Source: Eledone cirrhosa
Lineage: Eukaryota
NCBI GenBank assembly: GCA_964016885.1
Contig: OZ024741.1
Location: 192,944,001-193,008,000 of the forward strand
Length of the DNA stretch: 64,000 bases
Direction: 5' to 3'
The position numbers and the translations under genes were made by a program. This document shows, one piece after another, positions 1-11,839 of the stretch. The first letter of the stretch is position 1. Each line of letters starts with the position of its first letter. Under the pieces are notes generated by a model, which did no database searches, had not been told where the DNA came from, and worked only from the letters and a program-made list of their open reading frames with translations.

Positions 1-1503
1 AAGAAAAAACTTACAAATATCTAGGTGTTTGTGAAGGAGACGGAATCAAGCACTCAACAATGAGGGAAAGGATAAGGAAGGAATGTTACCGCAGAGTAAG
101 AGCAATCTTAAGAACGGAATTGAATGCAAGGAATAGGATCTATGCCATAAACACGCTTGCCATACCAGTAGTAACCTACAGTTACAATGTCATCAACTGG
201 TCAAGCACAGAGATCCGTAGGCTCGATACAAAAATTCGAAAATTCTTAACCATGCACAGAATGCATCACCCTAAGGCAGATATAGATAGAATATATCTCC
301 CTGGGAAAGAAGGAGGACGTGGGTTAGTCCAGTTAGACATTGCGTTGAAAACTGCAACAATTGGATTATCTACATATCTAAGGGAATCACATGATTGGAT
401 GATCAAACTCGTTTTGAAACACGAAAGCATCAAAAGATCATATTCCATTACAAAAGATGCACAAAGATACAGTAATGGACTACAAATTTCAGAAGTCCCA
501 TTTACTGCTGAAATGGAAAACACAGAAAAAGCAAAGCAGGTAAAAGTAACTGCAAAGAAAGAACTGCTACAGAAACTGGCTAAGAAATGGCAAGAAAAGC
601 CTCTGTATGGAAAATACCCAGAGCGAGCTAACAATCCTGATGTTGACAAAACTTTAACCCATCAGTGGTTGGCATCCTCTGGACTGAAATCGGAGACTGA
701 AGGACTGATTATATCAGCACAAGATCAGTGTCTGCCAACAAAAAATTACCAAGCCAACATAATAAAAATGGATGCAGCCCATTATGCCGTGTATGCAAAA
801 AACAACCAGAGACCATTGACCATATAATTTCAATGTGCAGTCCTATAGCTCCAACCGAATACCTAAACAGGCATGACAGAGCTGCACAATACATACATTG
901 GATAATGTGTAAGCATTTTGACCTGCCCATCAAAAGAATTGGTGGGAGCATCAACCACCTCCCATACTTGAAAAAGATCACATCTCAATCTTGTGGAACC
1001 TTAGCATCCAAACAGACCGAAAAATAGATGCAAATAGACCTGATATAATATTGAAGGACTTTAAAAAGAGGGTATGCCTGCTAATTGATATGTCTGTTCC
1101 AATAGACAAGAATGTATCTATAAAAACATTTGAAAAATTGAGCAAGTATAAGGACCTGGAGATAGAAATTGGAAAAATGTGGAAATTGAGAACTAAAACA
1201 ATACCAGTGGTTGTAGGCGCTCTGGGAATGATACCTAAGGGGTCTAATGATTACTTATCGCAAATCCCAGGAAACCCGCGTATAGGAGAAATACAAAAGA
1301 TAGTACTAATGGGAACTGCCCATATACTAAGGAAGATTCTGTCAATATAAGTACATCACAAGTCTAAACACTAAAGATGCATGTGTGAGTATGTATGTTC
1401 TTCCTTGAACATGGCGGACCTTGTTGTCTCTTGAGGTCACTGGTTGTGACTTGGTGATAACTCGTATGAACATAAAGCAAGATAAATGCAACTGTAATAA
1501 TAA
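1..1503 (+). mobile_element. R4/Dong-clade non-LTR retrotransposon, 3' portion (RT thumb, CCHC knuckle, RLE endonuclease, 3' UTR, (TAA)n tail)
   Basis: YKYLG, then ERIRKECYRRVRAIL..AINTLAIPV (60-827), CRVCKKQPETIDHIISMC..RHD (728-1027) and RPDIILKD..LLIDMSVP..EKLSKYKDL (991-1350) lie in three frames. The 3' UTR ends in actgtaataataat and recurs at 63727-63882. Confidence 0.9.
60..1350 (+). pseudogene. Frameshifted RT-RLE ORF C-terminus of the R4/Dong element
   Basis: Consecutive domains are split by frameshifts near ~765 and ~960-990. Stop codon at 1348-1350. Confidence 0.85.
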
Positions 1504-2980
1504 TAGAAGAAGAAGAATAACAGTAACAAGTTACACACACTATTTCATTTTGGGGTAAGGTTTTGTCCAATTTTGCATACTTACACCGACAACGATCGAC
1601 CAAAAATAACATCATTGGTTTCTGCAAGGGACAAGGCAAGTGCTGGAAAGAAAAAAACAAAAAAAACACAATAACTTTCCGCACGTAACAGACTCTTGGG
1701 AGCCGTCCAAATTATATTTTCCCCTAACTCCCCCAAAAAATTCAAAATAGCTTTAGCTTGAATTTATGGGAAGAAAGCGGAAATCAGGTGTCAACTTTCT
1801 CGTAGCAATAACAACAGGTTGATATTAGCTGCATGGATACAGAATACACAGCACAGACAAAACCAAACGCAACAACACTCCGTTGTTATGTCTATAATAC
1901 GTAACTTAACCGAGACAAAGCACAAAAACAGAAACAACAACACTAGCAATTTTAATGACTTCAAAGAGGAGGCACCAACCTATTCATAGACTGAAGTTGC
2001 TGACCTTGAACCAGTAAAGATAAAAGAAATTCAGGAACACCACCACTAACACAGAAGCATTTGAAAAAGTAACAAGTTTAAAAAGGACTCCCACCAACAC
2101 TGCTGCTGCATTTGTGATAACCGGAATAATAACGATAATAGCAATAGCAATGGTAGTGGTAAGGCTAATAGTAATGATAAGTCTTTTAATGGTGATAATA
2201 ATAAGTGCCCAGTGCAACATAGCCTACCTCAGTCTTCTAGTTATGGTGTCACAATAAGAATAATGGTGGTAGTGCAACCTCAAACTCACCAATGTTCTTT
2301 ATGAGTGCTTAATGTCAAACCAGAATAGTTCAAATAACAGTGTAACGGAGGCTAGAGCTTCATGTGAAGGGCTCTCACTCGGCAAGTGTTCCCTGGCCCA
2401 GCAGCAAGGAGTCAGCCGTCATCCAACTACTGCTGTTGTCGGGAGGAAGACGGAATGATGGAAGAACCAACTGGACAAAGAAACTGAATAACATTTTTAA
2501 TGAAATGTTATCTGAAAAGTGATCCTACTAAGAAAGGCTAAAGGCAACGAATGAATAACAGCTGGAACGATATTAGTCTATTTAAATTAGGTGAACAACA
2601 ACTAGCGGCTATCAAAACGTGGGAAAACATACGAAAAAGGACAAAACATTTGTGAAAGGTTGGATAGTCAAATCAAGAAAATAAGTAAGATCCTCGGGAA
2701 ACTTGAGACTTTATTAAACGGGACATTTCAAAACGTAGATGGTAAGGATAGATTGACAAGGAAATAGAACACCAAGGAAAAATGGTTAACTGTTATAAAA
2801 GAGGAAATAAAACAACGTGTCATAGTCAAAAGTGAAAAAAATCATAAGATATGAGAGCAGAGTTAGCCAGTATAGATAAAAGTGCATGTTCAACAAGAGG
2901 CAACGATGCTATTCCTGAGGCTGAACAGACCAACACATTTTGAAGAGGGCTATGGTGGCATGATGTTGAGCATGATAGTC

Positions 2981-3154
2981 GGGCCTGGTGATTTCAAGTT
3001 GGTTAATTTATTAGCCTGCTTTTATAATGGTTTCAACCGAGATACTCAAATCAGGTTGCTGGTATGCTTATACCAGCAACCTGATTTGAGTATCTCGGTT
3101 GAAACCATTATAAAAGCAGGCTAATAAATTAACCAACTTGAAATCACCAGGCCC
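2981..3154. repeat. Perfect foldback inverted repeat, 85-bp arms, 4-nt loop
   Basis: 2981-3065 is the reverse complement of 3070-3154, with loop gctt. The right arm runs on into the R4 KSPGPDG motif. Confidence 0.95.
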
Positions 3155-3307
3155 AGATGGTGTGCAAGGATATAGGACAAAAAATATAACGTCACTCCGT
3201 CTGATACTGGCAACCATGTTCACTGACTGCTTGATATAAGATGAAGTACCGCAGTGGTTATCAACAGGTTAGAACCTGCATAACAAGCATTATGTCTAAG
3301 GAAATGT

Positions 3308-3497
3308 CTAGGGCGGTGGATTGGCAGTATTGGTAGAGGATCGGACGCCATGCTTTGCAGCAAAGAGTTACGGCCCTTTATGATCTGAGTTCAAATCCCG
3401 CTGAGGTTAACTTTGCCTTTCATCCTTATGGGGTCGATAAAATAAAGTACCAGTAATGTACTGGGTAATTGCTGGCCTTGTGCCAAAAGTAGAAACA
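3308..3497 (+). mobile_element. tRNA-derived SINE with 19-bp TSD
   Basis: A-box-like tggcagtattggta, B box gagttcaaatccc, central gcctttcatccttatggggtcgataaaataaagtacc. TSD attatgtctaaggaaatgt at 3289-3307 and 3498-3516. Confidence 0.92.
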
Positions 3498-3619
3498 ATT
3501 ATGTCTAAGGAAATGTACCACCATCTTGACATAAACAACTTATTGCTGGAGGAACAGAAAGGATCCCAAAAGATGTCCTGTGGTACAAACGACCAGTTAC
3601 TAATAGACAATATGATAAT

Positions 3620-3803
3620 TGCTTCTACTTTAGGCACAAGGCCAGCAATTACCCAGTGCATTACTGGTACTTTATTTTATCGACCCCGTAAGGATGAAAG
3701 GCCAAGTCAACCTCGGCGGGATTTGAACTCAGATCGTAAAGGGACGTAACTACGCTGGAAAGCATGGCGTCCGACCCTCTACCGATACTGCCAATCCACT
3801 GCC
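3620..3803 (-). mobile_element. Same tRNA-SINE family, with 18-bp TSD
   Basis: Reverse complement of the 3308 copy. TSD aatagacaatatgataat at 3602-3619 and 3804-3821. Confidence 0.92.
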
Positions 3804-6594
3804 AATAGACAATATGATAATAAAGAACTGCAAGGAGACATACTGGTCATGCCATGGGATGGATAGATTACAAGAAGGCATTCGACATGCTTCCTCATTC
3901 TTGGATATCCAATTGCCTAGACATCTTCAAGGTGCGAAACAACATCAGACTAGACTGCTATTAAGTAATAGTATGAAGTACTGGGAAACAGCGTTAGCAT
4001 CAGGGAGGAGGGGCGATCCATGGGAGGAGTGAAAATCAAGAGAGGTATCTTCCAAGGAGATAGTTTATCCTTTTTATTGTTACACCTTTTCCTCGTATTG
4101 CATAAAGTGAAGGAAGGATATGACATGAGAAAACGAGATCTTACGATCAACCACCGCCTTTTCGAGGAAGACCTAAAACTCTTTGTGAAGAACGAGGAGT
4201 TGAATGTACGTATTTTCAGCAATGATATATATATCAAATTTTCTGTTAATAGGTGTGGAGTCCAAGTGACGAGGAGAAGTAAATTGAAGAGAAGCACGGT
4301 AATAGAGATACCAACGGGTTTGGTGATAAAGGAGATCAAAGCCGAAAAAGTATATAGGTATTTGGGTGTTTTGAATGCAGATAACATCAAGGACAATAAG
4401 CTGAAAGAGATGATAAGATCTGAATACATAAGGAGAGTAAGGAAAATACTAAAATTACATCTGAATTGTCTGAATAGTAGGAATGCCATAAGTGCAATAA
4501 ATTCCCGAGCTGTGTTTATTATTTGGTACAGTACGTGAATTTTTAAATGGAATGTAAACGAACAAAGAAATTAATGACTACCTACAGTGTTTCATAAGAA
4601 GAGTGATGTTGCTATATTGTAATTAAGGAGATAAGAAGGTGGGAGAGGTCTTATCAGTTTGGAGGACTGTGTACAGAAAGAGAACTGTTTACATGTATAT
4701 GTGTATGAGATTAACTAACCAGTGAATAAGGCTGAATTGAAGGAGAAGTTAATAGACCAGATGATTTCCAAGAAAGAAGTATCGAGAAAGAGGAAGAACA
4801 ACCTAAATGAAACAAATGCTTCATAGCATCTTCTTGAAGAAAACAGAGTTCAGAGATCCGCCGATGTGGGACTGATTAAAGAAAGTGGGTGCTACTGGCT
4901 GCACTGGTACGAGCCCTCAGAACAAAGAGTAAGAAACATCATATTGACAAGGAGGTGGCTAGTTCACTCTATAGGATAGGTGGAGAGAGAGAGAGAGAGA
5001 GGGAGAGGGGGAGAGAGAGGGGGGAGAGATGTAAATGTGGCTTACATCGTGTCCGAGTGTAAACACCTCGCCCAGACTCATGACAAAGGATAGAGGCATA
5101 ATAACATAGGAAAATTGATCCACTGGTATTCATGCAAACGGATTAATTTACCCCACTCTAAGAAATATTATGAGCATATGCCGAAGTCGATGATAGAAAA
5201 CGATCTGGTGAAGGTGGGTGTTATGGGATTTCAAGAGACAAACATATACAGGATTATAACACAATGCTTGACCAAGGAAAACAGATCTTGTTTAATTATC
5301 GATGTAGCTTGCCTCTTTGACACGAGAGTGCAAGAAAAGAAGGAGAAAATTAACCAGTTCCAAGATCTAAAGTGCGAACTCAAAAAGATTTGGACTCCTG
5401 AGATAAATGTCGTCCCTATCGTCATAGCCGCACTAGGTACTATCTCGAAGAGTTTCCAATGTTTGTTAAATTACAATAGTTTAGCCCCTTTTTGGGGAAC
5501 ATTTCAAAAGGCATGTCACTGTATGGACCCGCCAATATGTCCTGAATATCTGAGGCTGCAGGTAGCGGCTTGATGTTCATTTGAACAAACTTTCCAGTTA
5601 AATTACATCAATAACTGAGATATCAAATTCAAAATAATAATAATGGTAATAAGTTTTTTAGGAAGAGAAAGAAAAGAAAATGTTTGAGAGAGAGAGAAGG
5701 AAAAAGAAGAAAGATAAAACACTATTAGTTGTTAGTCAGAATACACACACACACACATATGTATATATATATATAAACAATTATACATACATTTATAAAA
5801 ATATGCATACATACATGCATAGCATACATACATATGAATGAGTATGTGTGTATGTGCGTGTCTGAGTGAAGAGGCAGACAGATATCTTTCAGAAGTTTAT
5901 TTCTAATGAACTAGAGAAAGTGAAAAACAGTAAAAATAATCTAGTTTTGTCTACTGGAATATTGACGAATATTGGAGAAACTGGTGAAAACTGTACAAAT
6001 ATATATATATATATCTATTAATAATTTGATGTGTACAATCTCTCCTTGTTTGTCGTCATTGGAACACCAAAAATATGTTCAATTAACTAAATGATGAACA
6101 CTTTATATATATATATTGAAAGTTCCAAGTAAAGCCACTTAATGTAAGGGACTATGAAGGAGAAAAATTAAGACGTCTTAAGCCTTGATGTACCCTGGTA
6201 TTTATAGCATAACTAGAAGTAACACCATCCAGATTCCCACGCGCACAACGACCAGAAAGAAAAGACTTGTTAGCGCCAAAGATCTTTCCACATACACTAT
6301 AGACAGAGAGATTATGGAGCAAATCAGCATGCCAAACCCCGAGGGTGTTGGATATATCAAGAACGATAACACAACTCTCTCTTATGACTACTGAATCAAG
6401 AACCTGTTCTAGACGAGAAAAGATGCAACCGAAACATCAAGGGTTGAGTTAACAGCAAACAAACAAGCAAAGAGGTCAGCTTTTTCTGCGGAAAACCTAC
6501 ATCTGACACATTAAGAAAAGGGGGAAGATGCATCAGACTTAGCTCTATATATATAAGGGTGAAAGCAGCGATTCTTTGCTTAAACTTTAATCTA

Positions 6595-6600
<6 letters not shown>

Positions 6601-6680
<80 letters not shown>
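6601..6680. repeat. (TA)n microsatellite (one of many TA/CA/GA/TAA tracts)
   Basis: Direct reading of the sequence. Confidence 0.98.
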
Positions 6681-6800
6681 GTTTTGCGAGGTTTTTGATA
6701 TGAAATCGTGTGTCGAAACAAATATTGTTATACTTGGGGAGGGTCATATTTGTGTAATAATATTGCCAGAATTAATAACAGAACACACTCACTGTTTGGT
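6680..6800 (+). repeat. Repeat end abutting (TA)n, shared in inverted orientation with 19755-19870 (probable Penelope-like element end)
   Basis: tatgaaatcgtgtgtcgaaacaaatattgttatacttggggagggtcatatttgtgtaat occurs at both loci, each starting at a TA tract. Confidence 0.75.
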
Positions 6801-6924
6801 TGGTTTTCGCTTCTCTGTCTTTTATATCGGTTAATTTAATTTATTCGGTCCTCAATGTTACCATTGACTGACCAACGGAGAAAAATTCAGATACAATATA
6901 GACACAAACACATATATATAGTCT

Positions 6925-6966
6925 AACAAAGTTCTTTCGTTGCACATCTGCAACCTCGTCAGTGGT
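6925..6966 (-). ncRNA. Minimal type I hammerhead ribozyme candidate (slightly decayed)
   Basis: Minus strand reads acca CTGACGA g gttgca gatg tgcaac GAAA gaac TT tgtt. Stem II is perfect; stem I has one mismatch. Confidence 0.65.
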
Positions 6967-7166
6967 GCTATTATGTTTCATCCCGTTGCATTGTATGCCT
7001 ACGCCATCTTTTGTTTTTTTTCGTCTTCTCTGCGCATGCGTTTTCGTGTGTGTATAGTGTTTTGTTTGATGTGTGTTCGTGTTTGGGTGACTGTGTATTG
7101 GTTATTGTATTCTATCTTAGTTTATTAGTGTATGTTTATGTGTTTGTTGTTATTGTGCTTGTGTAT

Positions 7167-7197
<31 letters not shown>

Positions 7198-7472
7198 TAC
7201 ATCTCTTAGGTCAGTGTTGTTTGTTTGGGTGTTGTTGTTATTCCATTCATTTTTTCTGTTTAGCCTTGGCTTTCTAAGTTCTATTTCTCTGGCCTCTCTG
7301 ATTTGCCTATCTGTTGGGTCATTTCTATGTTTAGATATTCTAATTTCTATGTCGTCGTGTTGTTGTCTGGCATGTTCGTATAGTACTTAACCGCGAAGAT
7401 AACAAAAATCATAGAACCCAAAGGGGAAGCAACAGTGCGGAAACCACCAGCAACCCAACAAATCTTCAACAA

Positions 7473-8329
7473 ATGACGACGCCCCCGAGCCACACATATA
7501 GGAGGAGACACCGAAAAATCACGTGGTACAACCCACCCTACTCAGCGGCCCTAAAGAACAGCTTGGCTCGATCATTCTTTGGAGCACTTGACAAATACTT
7601 CCCGAGGGACCACAGATACCACAGGATCTTCAACAGACACACTGTGAAGCTCTCGTAATCCACACGAGAAATCTGGCCCAACACATAGCTAGCATCAACA
7701 GGAGTAGGCTTAAAAACCACACACAACCAGAAGATGGCAATACAGACACTCAGCATAACCATGTGAAAGGAGGGAAGGGGGGACCCAGAGCCCACCCAAG
7801 AAACCCAAACAGACCCGGGGACCCCCCACCGAGCCTGGAGGAAGACCAACATGTAACACATAACGGGAACCCTAATCTAGGCACGCAGAGGCCTACCACC
7901 CTCTGCAACTGCAGAAACCCCGAATCATGCCCCCTTGGTAATGAATGCCTCAAGAAGAACCTAGTATACGGTTGTAGGATTAAAACCCCCAACTCCGAAC
8001 ACCTCTACATAGGAGCCACATCAACGATCTTTAAAGACCGCTGGTACAACCATCGCCATTCATTCAATAAGGAGGCCAAAAGGAAAAGCACGGCTCTCTC
8101 CGACCTGATCTGGAAGCTTAAGCTGGAAAGGACCCCGTACTCTCTGGCCTGGTACATAATCAGGAAAGTACCACTCGATAAAGGGGGATCTTGCATATGC
8201 AAACTATGCCTGAACGAGACCCTCGAGATACTAAGAGGTGGAAGCGGCCTGATAAACCTCAGAACCGACTTCTTCGGGACATGCAGACACCTTAGAGCCG
8301 GGACCTTTCTCAATATATATGGACAGTAG
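7473..8329 (+). pseudogene. GIY-YIG endonuclease region of a Naiad-like PLE ORF (one stop, one frameshift, no RT)
   Basis: ORFs 7473-7658 and 7763-8329 join via TAA at 7656-7658 and a frameshift near 7668 (NLAQHIASINR). Confidence 0.8.
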
Positions 8330-9521
8330 CAACACAAGAAGATGTGAACTCCCCTCAAGCTATAGGGACTTCTACAGAACATGTAAACACCTCTCGGCCA
8401 GACCTCCCTCAAGCTATATGGGCAGTAACAACATCCTAGGTTGTGAACTCCCCTCATGCCATAGGGAACAACCTAGGCTGAGCAGACACCATGATAGCCT
8501 AGAGATTGAATCGGACATAGCCATTATAATTTGGCCAACATCTATATAACACAAACACTTTTTAATTTACTTGATTTCTGATTTTCAAGTTCCAATTTTA
8601 AATCTTGATTTCTCTTTATTAATTTATTATTTGTTTTCTGCCCTCTTCACTGTATCACCTTATATTTATTTTTAAGTTGAGATTGATTATAACGCAAACA
8701 CATTTTGTTTGATTATCTTATTTTAACATCTTGTTCCTCATACCAATCTATCCAACATATTTCTGACCTTGAGATTGGTTATAGCTCACACACACTTCAT
8801 CCTACATTATTTTTCACTTCTCCATATTCATTTTCATTACTTTTTCACCAATTTTTCATTTATTCTTTATTCTTTATTTATTTATTTTCAAATTATACAA
8901 ATTATATTGATTATTTTATTATATTATTTATTTTCTGTTTTCTTCATTTATTGCCTTATATGTCTCCATATACATGGAAGAACCCCCCACCACCACCACC
9001 ACTATGAGAGATGGTGGCAGGAGGGATGAAGAAAAAACACACACTGGATACTTCTAAATTGTCAGCAGCAGCAAGACATAAGCTGACCACAACACCAACA
9101 ACACTACCAAAATAATGGTAGAGGTCAAATGTACTTAACAATAGCAAACACAAACACTACAGGAAGCCTCACCCAAGAAAGAATTCTATAGACTTCTGAC
9201 TGAGGAATGCTCTCAGAACTGACCAATGGGAAGTTTGACACTTTTTTGTTATTTTGTTCCTTTAACACCTTGTCCCTTCTACCACTTTATCAATTTTTTA
9301 AGCTAACTCCAACAATAACAACACTTAGAATGAGGAATGTTCTAATAACTGACCAATGAGAGGAGAAGAGGCCCTTTGACACTGAAATTCGTTTGTTTGA
9401 ATTCATATGATTCCACTTCCTCAGTGAAATAACAGCCCAACCAGGAACTGGGCATATCAGAGTATTGACAATATTATACACCTCAACAACATATGTACTT
9501 GTCTATACCATACTAATTCAA

Positions 9522-9576
9522 ACTGCCTGAAGAGGCCACAGCCAAAGATGGGTGTCACTGAAATATATATAGCAGT
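9522..9576 (+). ncRNA. Type I hammerhead ribozyme candidate in the PLE pLTR
   Basis: actgc CTGAAGA [imperfect stem II] GAAA tatata TA gcagt, immediately followed by aataaa. Confidence 0.6.
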
Positions 9577-9789
9577 AATAAACGAAGCTAAATTTTAAAC
9601 ATTTGACTTTTTATTTAACTTTATTTTACACTACTCCGGAGTAACCAAACCAACCTGCGCACTTCGTCGAGTGCTCCAGCCTGCATACTGAGGTGTTGGT
9701 ATACAACCAACATATACTCAAAATCTCTCTCTATATATATAAAAAACATGGGAAGAAAGAGGAAAACTGCATGGTTGCACATGGGTTAC

Positions 9790-11012
9790 ATATACATAAA
9801 TGCCAATTTCTGTCTCTTTGTGTGTGTGTTTGTTTGTGGATTTGTTTGTGAACCTAAAACAAAAAAACTACCAAACCGATCTTGATGAAACTTGACACGT
9901 GTGTGGCGCTCATGCCCATTTGATTTCTTACGTACTTTGAAGTTCAAAAGAATCGATAATTTCCAGTCTGCATCGACGTTTTCAAAATGAATAGTAAATT
10001 TGTATGCAAGTTCTCATATGAACGTCATTTTCTGCCATAATTCATATGAATGTCATTTTCTGCCATAACTTTTAAAGCTCTCCACCATTATCCTTCAAAC
10101 ATGAAACACAGATAGATTATGTGATAAGGATGGCTTTTTGCTAAGGACAATTATCCAGACCACTCGAGCAAAGCGTAAGCTGATTTTTTATTAAATGTTG
10201 AGCGAAATTTGGCTTTAGCTGTTGTGGGCTTAACATGTTCTCCATAAATCAACTAATATTCTCTACTTGCTATAACATTTATTTTCTCATCACCTGCAAC
10301 AAAGATTCTAAAGTTTGTACCGTTGCTTGCTGAAAATAATCGATGGTTCATTCTAATGCTAAGCGTAACTATATAAACACACATCTTATTTAGGGTAATC
10401 TCATTAGCATTTGCTAATTCTGCATTTTAATACGAATACGTTTTTGATTTGCCCAATCTTCAAGTTTAAGTTTTTTTTTAGGTAAGTATATTTCAATTTG
10501 TTAGCACTTCAATTTTAGTATTTTATGTATAACCTAAATTATGCTAACAATCAAACTACATTAAATGAACAAATATACTTAAAATGAGGAAAGATATAAA
10601 GAAATTAGGAACACATAGCAGTCTTTTAATGCAGGGGGTATTCTGATTGATATGGGCCTACCTTCTCTTTACAACGTCAGTTTATGCACGTTTACTTCAA
10701 ATACATATACCAGTAGTTTATGCTAACACTTAACTTTTGCACTAGCTGAGGTACCCAACGTTGCTAGGGTTTAAGTAATACAATTGTTTGTGCAGAAATA
10801 ACACTTGATATCGCTCACGCAAGGGCTATTAGTCCTCTGATTGGATAATCTGTGTAATTTCGGCAAAAACGCGAACCGTATGTATTTTCAACACACCTAC
10901 TTTGATTATATGTCCTATATATTGATTCCATTTTTGGTCTGAGAGGCATTGGCCATTTTAATGGAAACTGGGAATACCCCCGCTCCCAGGTATTACCGGG
11001 TATCTCAGCTAG
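9790..11012 (+). mobile_element. Non-autonomous Helitron (contains a second, inverted Helitron 3' end at 10742-10770)
   Basis: 3' hairpin cccaggtattaccggg followed by CTAG (11009-11012) and T. The 5' region is tctgtctctttgtgtg/tttg-like. The 3' end is shared with 18000-18079. Confidence 0.65.
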
Positions 11013-11048
<36 letters not shown>

Positions 11049-11071
11049 CATACATATATATATATATACAC

Positions 11072-11118
<47 letters not shown>

Positions 11119-11133
11119 TATATATATACATAT

Positions 11134-11171
<38 letters not shown>

Positions 11172-11538
11172 GGGTCACGTCACTTCAAAATAATTTTTAA
11201 ATAATTAAAATATACAGACATGTATATAATGTGAAATGAAACTGGAAGGCCCATATATATGTGTGAGTATGTATATATATAAATGTTTGTGTGTGTATAT
11301 ATATATATATATATATAAATGTATGTGTGTGTGTATATATATATATGTGGGTGTCTGTGATCTATATACACTGGTCATAGACACACACATACATACACAC
11401 ACACACATATATATATACACACATACTCACATATATATATATACACAAAACAACACCACCAGCACTCTCTCTCTCTCTCTTCCATTCTCATTCGCTGTGT
11501 CTTCTCCCGCTCTCTTTTCAATCTACTCTCTCAGAACC

Positions 11539-11620
<82 letters not shown>

Positions 11621-11625
11621 TCTCT
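11013..11625. repeat. Compound (TA)/(CA)/(CT) microsatellite field
   Basis: Direct reading of the sequence. Confidence 0.95.
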
Positions 11626-11839
11626 GTTTATGAAGGTACCCGGAAAAGCCCCATATCTCGAGAACCCGTGCTCCGATTTTCGATTTACGCGAAACTTGTT
11701 TTATTTCATTTGTATCCCCATTTCAGGGTCAACATCCTTTCAAAGTAGTTTGCCATTATGCGCCGTTTTGGCTGTATTACATTACAGACAAGCAAGCAAG
11801 CAAGCAATCACAGAGTTTTAGCAGTATTAGTAGTTGCTA

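Larger units (their letters stand above)
2262..5652 (+). mobile_element. Heavily decayed R4/Dong element (second family), internally deleted, carrying two SINE insertions and a foldback
   Basis: Starts after aataagaataat. ATG ~2312, N-terminal GRTNWTKKLN, KSPGPDG (~3141), EEQKG..GTNDQLLID, RGIFQGDSLS, HRLFEEDLKLF, YRYLG, CLIIDVAC..KINQFQDL..VVPIVIAALG. (TAA)n tail at 5633-5652. Confidence 0.85.
7383..9720 (+). mobile_element. 5'-truncated Penelope-like element (Naiad-type C-terminus with GIY-YIG endonuclease) and putative pLTR
   Basis: RKITWYNPPYS..LDKYFP..HRIFNRHTVKLS, CNCR..CPL..C, LVY..YIGATSTIFKDRWYNH, STALSDLIW, CKLCLNE, CRH. A hammerhead plus AATAAA lies at 9522-9582. Confidence 0.8.

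Noticed and set aside
2262-2460. HDV-like ribozyme at the R4 5' end
   Set aside because: I could not build the nested double pseudoknot by eye, and the region reads as the ORF start.
6400-6450. tagacgag..GAAAcaTCaagg, a possible ancient hammerhead
   Set aside because: The core and stems are too degenerate to support a call.
7473-8329. Selenoprotein-type Naiad ORF
   Set aside because: The conserved Cys codons are TGC/TGT, the internal stop is TAA, and no SECIS was recognised.
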